Shown piece by piece: positions 55,970-64,000 of a DNA stretch of 64,000 bases (position 1 is the first letter of the stretch; every line of letters begins with the position of its first letter). The stretch is taken from positions 56,321 to 120,320 of IMG/VR virus record IMGVR_UViG_3300008119_000003, one strand, 5' to 3'. The translations under genes were made by a program, and so were the position numbers. The notes beneath the pieces were generated by a model. That model ran no database searches and was not told the DNA's origin. It saw only the letters and a list, made by a program, of their open reading frames with translations. This DNA is from a virus.

Positions 55970-58873
55970 ATGTACGGTAACAATAATAACATTAGAACGG
56001 GGAATCAAATAGCCCCGTCATATATTCCAAACACGCTTGGTAAAAAACCACTTAAAGTTCGTGATTCGTTAAGTGCTGTACCAAGAGAGGTTGCTAACCT
56101 AGAAGCAGAGGGAGGAGAAACAGTTCTTATTCCTAATAAACAGGGTGGGCCTGCTCATTACCATATTAAAGGTAAACGTCACTTCGAAGGAGGCGTAGCT
56201 TTAGCTGTTCCTGCTGAGTCTTTTATTTTCAGTGATACTAAATCAATGAGAATTAAAGACCCTGTGTTATTAGCAGAGTTTGGATTAGCAGAAAGAAAAG
56301 GAGGATATACCCCAGCAGAGATTGCAAAGAAGTACGACTTAAATACTTACCGTAAGATTTTAGCGGACCCTAATTCGGATGCGTTACAAGTTAATACAGC
56401 AGAGATGGTGATTGCTAACTATAACGTTAAGTTAGGTAAGTTAGCTATGATTCAAGAATCAATGAAAGGATTTCCGGGAGGAATAGCTACAGCATCAATG
56501 CCTTACATGGCTAAATATAATCTGGAGCCTGATATGTTTTTACCACGGGATATGAATCCACAACCTGAAGGAGCTCCTCAAGCCGGACAAGAAGAAATGA
56601 TGGAAATGCAACAAGGAGCTATGGAAAACCAACAAGCAGAAATGATGCCGCCACAAATGCCTATGGGTAAACACGGAGGACAGTTGAGCCATCTAAGACA
56701 ATATGCACCCGGTGGAACAACAGGAGAACTTGATCCTAATCAAATTGCATATAGTCCTAGAATGCAAAGAAAAATGCAACGTAGAGCTCGAAGAAATGCT
56801 GAACGCGAATATTACAACAGATACTATTCACAGCTATTAGAGCAAATACGAAACGAGCCTGAATACCCTGTATATGATAAAGCTCCTAGACCAGACGCAA
56901 GTACTGGTATATATCTTCGTAAAGACGCAAATGGTAATACTTACTATGAAGACGGTAGAGGTGTTCGTATAGATAACCTTACAACTATGTCAAGTAATAG
57001 TAATCCTGACAATTACGTATTGCAAGAAGGAGAAAAGATTGTAACTAAAAACGGTAAGCGATATATTGTAAAGAAAGTTACTAAACCTGCCGTAGCTGAT
57101 GGAACAAAGATTAAATCTAAAACTGATGCAACGGCAAAAGGAGATATCTATGAAGAAGGTGGTAAGTATTACCAAGTTCAAGAGTACGATGTAACTAAAC
57201 CTATTGCTTCAACTAAGTCTGGTAAAACTAACTATACAGGAAACCTTGATGAGGATAAAGTAAAAGCTAAGGCAATTCTTGAAAAATTACAGAAAGAAGG
57301 TGGGGCTGAATATCATAAAAGCACCTGGAAAATAGGTAATGATACCTATAAACCAGGGTGGCATATTAAAGAGGATGCTCGCAACAAAATGACTACTGCT
57401 GAAAAAGAATTTCTAACTAAATTTTTGTCTTATGGTGCAGAAGATAATGTATTAGGTGTACCTGGGGAACAGGAATACCAAGTTGCTTTACAGTCTTCTG
57501 GAAATACAGGTTTCTTTGGTTATACCGATCCTAAGTTTTACGAGTACCGTTTCTGGAAAGCTCGTAATCCAAATGGTACTACAGAAGAATGGGAAGCACT
57601 TCCAGAAACAGCTGAAGGGGATGCACCTAGTAAAACAAAGAATAGAAAGAACATGTTCTACTCTTTGGGTATGGATATAGAGGATCCACATATTAAAGCT
57701 AATATTAGTAATCCAGATAAACTATATGATCCAGCCTTTGTTAAAGGCAACAAGAGGGTTAAGACAGCCAGAGAGATTAAGGACAAAGATGGTAACATTG
57801 TAAGCAATCTTAACTATGTGGACGCCGTAGAAAATTTCTTTAATCCTGGTGAATTCCGCCCAGGATTAAGCGATGATAAAAAGTTAGGATTAGAGCATGC
57901 CGATGCATTTACATTTGATAGAAAAGTAAATCCTCTTGAGCCTACTGTAGAAGAAACAGAAAGACTTCTAGACGAGGATATAAAAAAATACTCGCCTACA
58001 TATCAGAAAGGACGACCTACTCCTGACTTTATACAGGATCGCATCTTAGAAGGTAATGCTATGAGAAATATGTATAATATCAATAGATATTATCCATCTC
58101 TTCAGTCATATGAGCCGATGCTGCCTGAGCCTGTTCCTTATAACCCTGAACAAGAAATTCAAGCCAACAACGCTTTACTTACAGAAGCATCCGATGCTTT
58201 TAGAGGTACATCTGGATCTTCACAAGCATTAGGAGCTAAGATTGCGGGAGCGTCAGGAAGTTTAGCGGATAATGTTGCTAAGATCATGGGACGATATAAT
58301 AATCTTAATGTTGGTACAGCTAATGAGTTTGCTTATAAGCAATCCGATATTATGAACGATGCTCAGAAGTTTAATGCTGGTCAAATGATGGCTTATGTAG
58401 ATAAAGTTAATACTACTAACCAAAACTACGATAATGCTAAACGTGAAGCTCGTGATGCATATGCTCAAGCTGAAGCTAATAGAATTACTAACAGAGCTAA
58501 AGCACAAGTACTTAATACAATGTATCCTGAGTATGGAATCAATCCAGCAGCAGGTGGAGAACTATTCTTTGCTCCAAGTAGAGAAATAGTAGCTAACGAG
58601 AATGCAATGCTTGCTCATAACGATGCTCAACAATTTGCTGAATTCCTAAGAGAGAATCCTGACTTAGCACAAAACTATGCTGGAGCCTTAGCAAACGTTT
58701 GGACAAAAGGTAAAAGTACTGCAGGTATGGGAAATCCTATGGATGCTGCTTTCTATAATGCTTATAGTGGAATGATGCCAGGTATGGCGGAAACACCTCC
58801 TGGAAACAATCCTAACTACTACATGGAAGAAGGAGGGAGTATTCCTTTTAACTACATAGTTGGTTTACTATAA
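55970..58873 (+). CDS. virion cargo/ejection protein
   Basis: 967 aa; LEAEGGETV...GKRHFEGGV...FIFSD N-terminal domain and helical C-terminus. Confidence 0.65.
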   Translation: MYGNNNNIRTGNQIAPSYIPNTLGKKPLKVRDSLSAVPREVANLEAEGGETVLIPNKQGGPAHYHIKGKRHFEGGVALAVPAESFIFSDTKSMRIKDPVLLAEFGLAERKGGYTPAEIAKKYDLNTYRKILADPNSDALQVNTAEMVIANYNVKLGKLAMIQESMKGFPGGIATASMPYMAKYNLEPDMFLPRDMNPQPEGAPQAGQEEMMEMQQGAMENQQAEMMPPQMPMGKHGGQLSHLRQYAPGGTTGELDPNQIAYSPRMQRKMQRRARRNAEREYYNRYYSQLLEQIRNEPEYPVYDKAPRPDASTGIYLRKDANGNTYYEDGRGVRIDNLTTMSSNSNPDNYVLQEGEKIVTKNGKRYIVKKVTKPAVADGTKIKSKTDATAKGDIYEEGGKYYQVQEYDVTKPIASTKSGKTNYTGNLDEDKVKAKAILEKLQKEGGAEYHKSTWKIGNDTYKPGWHIKEDARNKMTTAEKEFLTKFLSYGAEDNVLGVPGEQEYQVALQSSGNTGFFGYTDPKFYEYRFWKARNPNGTTEEWEALPETAEGDAPSKTKNRKNMFYSLGMDIEDPHIKANISNPDKLYDPAFVKGNKRVKTAREIKDKDGNIVSNLNYVDAVENFFNPGEFRPGLSDDKKLGLEHADAFTFDRKVNPLEPTVEETERLLDEDIKKYSPTYQKGRPTPDFIQDRILEGNAMRNMYNINRYYPSLQSYEPMLPEPVPYNPEQEIQANNALLTEASDAFRGTSGSSQALGAKIAGASGSLADNVAKIMGRYNNLNVGTANEFAYKQSDIMNDAQKFNAGQMMAYVDKVNTTNQNYDNAKREARDAYAQAEANRITNRAKAQVLNTMYPEYGINPAAGGELFFAPSREIVANENAMLAHNDAQQFAEFLRENPDLAQNYAGALANVWTKGKSTAGMGNPMDAAFYNAYSGMMPGMAETPPGNNPNYYMEEGGSIPFNYIVGLL

Positions 58874-58935
58874 TAAATTTAAACTTAAAAGGTTTATTAA
58901 ACTTTAAAGATTTTTTCGTATTTTTACAATAAGAT

Positions 58936-61900
58936 ATGGCTACCTACATACAAGGAATAACAGATTACATCCCGAAGCTCCAGCCTTTTCAGCCGGACTT
59001 TAACTTCTTTCAAAAAGCCCTAGAGACTAAGCAAGGACAGTATGATGCTGGTTACGCTAAAATTAGCTCAACATATGGTCAACTACTTAATTCTCAATTA
59101 CTTAGAGAACCTAATAAAGAAAGAAGAAACGAATTCTTTACAGGGATTGATAACGAAATTAAACGTCTATCAGGCGTAGATTTATCTTTACCTGAGAATG
59201 TGAATCAGGCAAGTAAGTTATTTCAGCCGCTTATTGATAATGATTATTTTAGAGCTGACTTGTCCTATACTAAAATGTACGGGAATGCAAAAAAGAAAAG
59301 TAAAGGTCTTAGAGATAATCCTAATCCTAAAGACGACGTTAAGTGGTGGGCAGAAGGAGATACAGCTTTAGATCTTCAAGCAGAGGATTTTTCTAAGTCT
59401 AGTGATGATGAGTCACTTAGATTTTCTTCGCCGAGATATGTACCAAAAATAGATGTAACAGAAAAGCTTTTTAAGTTTGCTAAAGATAACGATATTAATC
59501 CGGAGACTCTATCTCAAACGGGACGATATAACATTATATATGCAAATGGACAAGCAGCTATCCCTAAATTACAAGATGTATTTGGAGCGGTTGTATCAGG
59601 AGATTCTCGTATTAAAGACATGTATGCTACTCAAGCTTATGTAGATCGTAAGAATGCTATAAAGACTAATGCGGAAAAATTTGGTGGAGATGAGATAGCA
59701 GCAGAAAAAGATTACTTAAGAGGTAAAGTAGATGAAATAAATAACTACTATAGACAAAAAAGCGTAGACACAAGTAAGTCTGCAGATAACGCTAAGACTA
59801 CTAAAAAGGTACTAGAGAATAAAATTCGTACAGAGGGTGTTGATCCTGATTTAGATAAAGATCTTATTGCATTATATCAAAATAGTATTGCGGACGAACA
59901 AGTAATGTCTGCAGTAGAGGAAACAAATAAAGAAGCCTTATCGCAAGCAGATGTTATAAGTTTTGATGATACTGATATGGAAAGTTTACGTTATAGAGTA
60001 GACAATGCCATGAGCTACTTCTTAATGGATAACATGGTTAATCAAACGGCCATATCTTATGCAAACGCTAAGATGAAGATCTTAAAGTTTGAGGCAGATC
60101 CGTATGCAGTTAACGCCCAAGAACATGCTTTCCGTGTATCAGAAATGGCTACTAAGTTTGGTTATGATAAGCTCCTAAAAGAAATGGACATTGCTTTAGA
60201 GATGTTAAAAGCAAACGGTGGAGTATTAGGGGGGAAAGCACCATTTACTCAAAGTGAGTTTTCGGGATATACATCATGGCAAGATTTTATGGGCGGAGGT
60301 CAGGTAACAGGGGATGTTGCTGTAATGGAGAAAAACTCTTCTGCTCAAAATTCTGTAACGCAAACTGGTAAAGCCGGTACGGCAATGAATGCTAATGAGT
60401 ATGTTAAGCTACAAAATAGTAGAATAGATGCGGCTAAGACAGAAGAAGAAAAAACTATGATCCGTCAGCAGGTTACTGAAGACTTAGGTTTATATAATGA
60501 AGTAGTAGAAAAAGGATATACATATACCGAAGATGCTCCGACTGATTGGGGACGAGCTCTCAAAGGTTTAATTAAGTTTGGTTTAGGAGCTGAAGCTATA
60601 GGAGCAGGTGTTGCTGGAGAAATTTCTAGTTTTGGTTTAGCTACGCCTGTAGCAGTTGCAGCTGCTGTAGGGGGTGCCGGTTTAGCCTATTCTGGTAGTG
60701 ACGACATATACCAAGGTTTAGCAGGAGATAGAACAATAGCGGTACCTGATAAAGTTAAATCTAAGTCAGGACTCGTTAGACAAACAAGTGATGGTAAATT
60801 TCAATTAGTAGATTTTGAAAATTCAATAGGTATAACAGATCCTAATAGTGGAGATTACTGGCAGAAAGTAAATGACCGTATTGTTGCAAGAACATCAACT
60901 ATAGCTACTACAGATAAAAATAATCCAGCAGTAAATAACACTCTTACTTTTATTGCTGAGAACAATCAGAAAATACAGACTGCAAATAAGGTTCTTTCTG
61001 AGATGCAGGAAATTACTGTAGAGAATCATAAGAAGTTAATTCCTGCTTTAGCAAATGAGTCAGGAGTTGATATTTATAATTCTGGACAATTGTTTACTGC
61101 AGATTTATCAAGAAGAAAAACACAAGAGGAATACGTAGCTGATTTTATTAGAGCTTATAAGGATGATGAGAAATATTATCCTAAGACTAAACAAGGTGGT
61201 TATCAAAGATCTCAAACATATGAAATATCAGAAGAAGAACGACTTGCTGATATGCGAGAAGATGCTATAGATAATTACGAGGATCTTACAGATGCATACG
61301 AGACTCTTTCTAAAAATCCTGATGCAAGTGTAGGTATTACTACATTTAATGCTAATATAATGAAAAATGCCGGAGGAGTTAACAAGTTAGCCGGTACTGC
61401 TCTTAGTGCGCCATTTGATCCAGTCTATTATGATGAGCTACCTTTTAAGGATGCAATGTCTTTATTTAGAGTAGACATGGGACCGGCAGCAATGTCTGAG
61501 CAATTTAGAAATCAAAAGGGCGCTAAGTTTATGTATGGTAATGGACAGAATATTACCAAAGATGATTACGAGGATACCGATAATAGTGCAACTGCCGCAG
61601 CATCAATGTATTTTGCTATGCAAGCCGCATCTTTAAACTATGGTGGAAAAACAAATCAAAATACGGCTCGTCCTACAGGAGAATGGACCTACTATAGTAT
61701 AGCAGCAAATGATCCTAACAAAGTAGCAGCAACATTTACATTTAATCCAGAGTTTGTTCAAGCTAATGCTGGAAAAGATGGAGCACCTGGAATTACAGCA
61801 GAGTTAGCAGCAAGAATGTCAAAAGGTGAAATACCACAAGTAACATTCTTTATTGATTCTGATAAAGCAAAATCTGCTCCGTTTACAAGTATGGAAACTA

Positions 61901-62220
61901 CAATGGAGGAGTTTTTATTTGAACGAGGTAAGTTAGAACTTAACTATCCTGATGGTGGTAATGTTAAATTCTCTAGAGATGCTTTAGGTGGAATTAGTAT
62001 AGACGGTTCTATTCCTTCAATTAATGCTAAAGGAGAAGTTACATATACTCCTGTTTTTGGTACTGTATATAATGAAGACATTAATGCTGTGTATAATACC
62101 TGGAAAGGATCAATGTCTAATATAGATCAAGTGAATAAACAACAGAAAGCAGCACTTTCTAGTTCGAGTACAAATAAAATAAAAGATCCTAGCTATTTCC
62201 AACCTCAACCTGAACAATAA
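58936..62220 (+). CDS. ejection protein with Gly/Ala-rich hydrophobic hairpin
   Basis: 1094 aa, helical; GLIKFGLGAEAIGAGVAGEISSFGLATPVAVAAAVGGAGLAY. Confidence 0.65.
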   Translation: MATYIQGITDYIPKLQPFQPDFNFFQKALETKQGQYDAGYAKISSTYGQLLNSQLLREPNKERRNEFFTGIDNEIKRLSGVDLSLPENVNQASKLFQPLIDNDYFRADLSYTKMYGNAKKKSKGLRDNPNPKDDVKWWAEGDTALDLQAEDFSKSSDDESLRFSSPRYVPKIDVTEKLFKFAKDNDINPETLSQTGRYNIIYANGQAAIPKLQDVFGAVVSGDSRIKDMYATQAYVDRKNAIKTNAEKFGGDEIAAEKDYLRGKVDEINNYYRQKSVDTSKSADNAKTTKKVLENKIRTEGVDPDLDKDLIALYQNSIADEQVMSAVEETNKEALSQADVISFDDTDMESLRYRVDNAMSYFLMDNMVNQTAISYANAKMKILKFEADPYAVNAQEHAFRVSEMATKFGYDKLLKEMDIALEMLKANGGVLGGKAPFTQSEFSGYTSWQDFMGGGQVTGDVAVMEKNSSAQNSVTQTGKAGTAMNANEYVKLQNSRIDAAKTEEEKTMIRQQVTEDLGLYNEVVEKGYTYTEDAPTDWGRALKGLIKFGLGAEAIGAGVAGEISSFGLATPVAVAAAVGGAGLAYSGSDDIYQGLAGDRTIAVPDKVKSKSGLVRQTSDGKFQLVDFENSIGITDPNSGDYWQKVNDRIVARTSTIATTDKNNPAVNNTLTFIAENNQKIQTANKVLSEMQEITVENHKKLIPALANESGVDIYNSGQLFTADLSRRKTQEEYVADFIRAYKDDEKYYPKTKQGGYQRSQTYEISEEERLADMREDAIDNYEDLTDAYETLSKNPDASVGITTFNANIMKNAGGVNKLAGTALSAPFDPVYYDELPFKDAMSLFRVDMGPAAMSEQFRNQKGAKFMYGNGQNITKDDYEDTDNSATAAASMYFAMQAASLNYGGKTNQNTARPTGEWTYYSIAANDPNKVAATFTFNPEFVQANAGKDGAPGITAELAARMSKGEIPQVTFFIDSDKAKSAPFTSMETTMEEFLFERGKLELNYPDGGNVKFSRDALGGISIDGSIPSINAKGEVTYTPVFGTVYNEDINAVYNTWKGSMSNIDQVNKQQKAALSSSSTNKIKDPSYFQPQPEQ

Positions 62221-64000
62221 TGAGATTTGCTTCCGACGTACAACCAAGTGTTCAACAAGATCCTATTGATAGATATCTAGGTGCTTTAGCTAGTACTAAA
62301 GCTTATCTGGATCAGAATCTACCAAGGCTTGATGCGGGTATTAATCAGATATTAGGATCCTCTACAGGTAAAATGATCCCTAACGGAATACCGCAAAACT
62401 TAGGAGCTAATGCTTATAACCCATATAAAAACGGTTACGCAAATTTTAATCAGTCTCCCCCTAATAAATCATCTGGTACTTCTGACTACGTTAATCAAAT
62501 TATTGCTAATAACTATAGACCAGGAGCATATCCTAAAGTTCAAGGTCTTGAGCAGTCAAAAGTTTGGGGAATAGAAAGTGGTACTGGTAAACAGTTTAAC
62601 TTTGATAGATACTATTCTCATGGTAAGTTTAAAGAACTAGGGTGGAATCCATATATAGATAATGAAGCATACTATAATGCTAACAGTACTTGGGTAGATG
62701 ATTTTAAAAGAGCTGCTGGTCAATGGTGGGGTCTTGCCGGTATAGGTCTAACTCAGACAGCTGGTAACTGGGATGATTTATTTTCGTTAAATTCAAGTGG
62801 AGATACTAAAGCTGCTAGAGAGATGTCAAAGGCAATGGGAATTGCAGCATCTACTAGAGGAGGTATAGGAGGATTTGTAACTAATCAATTTGCAAACTCT
62901 GCATATACATTTGGAGTTATTGGAGAAATTGTAGCAGAAGAAGTAGCACTATGGGGAGCAACTGCTCTTACTGAAGGAGCCTTAGGTGAGGTAGCATTAA
63001 TGCGCACAGCAAAAAATTTAGATAGGCTTAAAGATGCTGGTAATGCTGCAGATAAAACCGCAGATGTTATTAGAGAAGGTAAAACTGTTGAGGACGTTGG
63101 TGAAGCATTAGGTACAGCAACTAATTCACTAAATGATATTAATGGAGCACGAAAGTTTTGGAACGGTATAGGTAATTTTATAAACCCGTTTGATGATCTT
63201 ACACAAACAGTAAAGAACTTACGAACTGGAGAGAATGGGTTTGATAAGATGACTGACTTTGCTAAAACCTCAAAAACATTTGGAGCATTCTACAGGGATG
63301 TTCGTATGATGAATACAGCTTTAGCAGAATCACGATTAGAGGGAGGAATGGTTCAGAATGAAACTTTTGATAAGTTAGTTCAAGATCATATTGGTAGAAC
63401 AGGTCAGGCTCCAATTGGAGATGATCTTAACAGAATAATGTCTCAAGCTAAATTAGCAGGAGTTAATACAACATTAGCTAACGTACCAGCAATATTCTTT
63501 TCTAACAAAATTGTATTTGAAAAAGCATTAGGCGGATTCAAACCATTTAAAGAACTTACAAAAGGTGGTCTTGGTACAATGGTAGAAAACGTTGTTAAGA
63601 AAACCGGTAAAGATAGATATGCAGGATTTATAGATACGGCTAATCCTAGAAACTGGTTTACTAAAAAATATGTTAAACATACAATTAATCAGTTTAAGCC
63701 AGCAAACCTAGCTAAGAACGGAATGCGTTATATGGCAGCAAACTTATCAGAAGGTTTGCAAGAGTCATATCAAGAGTCTATCTCTAAGGCTATGACCGAT
63801 TACTATGTTAATACATACATTAGCCCAGAGATAGCAGGTACAGCTTACTATAAACAAATGTTATCTGAAGGATTTGGATCACAATTAAGTGGTCAAGGAG
63901 CTGAAACATTCTTATCAGGTTTCTTAATGGGAGGTTTGGTACAAGGGCCACAATCCCTTCTTACTCAAGCTGCTCCCCAATTAGGTAAAGATCTTTATAA
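62220..64000 (+). CDS. N-terminal part of a giant virion/ejection protein; runs off the window
   Basis: Not in the track. ATG overlaps the upstream TAA; MRFASDVQPS...; hydrophobic Gly/Ala helices and LSEGLQESYQ. Its position fits the large crAss-like cargo or virion-RNAP-associated genes, but no RNAP motif is visible in the window. Confidence 0.75.
   Translation, partial: MRFASDVQPSVQQDPIDRYLGALASTKAYLDQNLPRLDAGINQILGSSTGKMIPNGIPQNLGANAYNPYKNGYANFNQSPPNKSSGTSDYVNQIIANNYRPGAYPKVQGLEQSKVWGIESGTGKQFNFDRYYSHGKFKELGWNPYIDNEAYYNANSTWVDDFKRAAGQWWGLAGIGLTQTAGNWDDLFSLNSSGDTKAAREMSKAMGIAASTRGGIGGFVTNQFANSAYTFGVIGEIVAEEVALWGATALTEGALGEVALMRTAKNLDRLKDAGNAADKTADVIREGKTVEDVGEALGTATNSLNDINGARKFWNGIGNFINPFDDLTQTVKNLRTGENGFDKMTDFAKTSKTFGAFYRDVRMMNTALAESRLEGGMVQNETFDKLVQDHIGRTGQAPIGDDLNRIMSQAKLAGVNTTLANVPAIFFSNKIVFEKALGGFKPFKELTKGGLGTMVENVVKKTGKDRYAGFIDTANPRNWFTKKYVKHTINQFKPANLAKNGMRYMAANLSEGLQESYQESISKAMTDYYVNTYISPEIAGTAYYKQMLSEGFGSQLSGQGAETFLSGFLMGGLVQGPQSLLTQAAPQLGKDLY

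Noticed and set aside
7700-62220. Many short antisense or out-of-frame ORFs in the track (e.g. 21210-21764, 36002-36331, 47862-48176)
   Set aside because: Shadows inside long, well-supported plus-strand genes.
6170-64000. Stop-codon reassignment as in some crAss-like phages
   Set aside because: Genes of 1-7 kb are intact in the standard code, and TAG/TGA stops abut the next start codons.
1-64000. tRNA or rRNA genes
   Set aside because: No cloverleaf with a canonical T-loop or rRNA-like segment was recognised by eye; tRNAscan-SE would settle it.

Overview
This window looks like part of a crAss-like (Crassvirales-type) phage of an environmental Bacteroidota host, read in the standard genetic code. 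Bases 1-5340 are a minus-strand early/accessory block. It holds a DUF2828 (TROVE/Ro60-like plus vWA) gene missing from the ORF track, preceded by three tandem conserved stem-loop RNAs. It also holds three small proteins with SSB-like acidic DDxxPF tails behind a shared upstream motif. A divergence zone at 5440-6150 has GC-rich palindromes (possible genome end or packaging site) and a dense run of about 19 different short hairpins. From 6170 the plus strand carries the late module: GroES, fibre and decoration proteins, wHTH and IHF-like proteins, a PD-(D/E)XK nuclease, PhoH, TerL, portal, a scaffold-like protein and the major capsid protein. These are followed by nine basic micro-proteins, a ferritin/Dps-like protein, Cys-rich fibres, tail ring and nozzle proteins, and very large ejection/cargo proteins divided into modules by a recurring xxGG / LPKAQxG linker. 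The best candidates for undescribed systems are (1) the DUF2828 gene with its Y-like RNA array, (2) the heterogeneous hairpin array, and (3) the GG-delimited cargo polyproteins. All calls come from reading motifs by eye; no database search or folding program was run.
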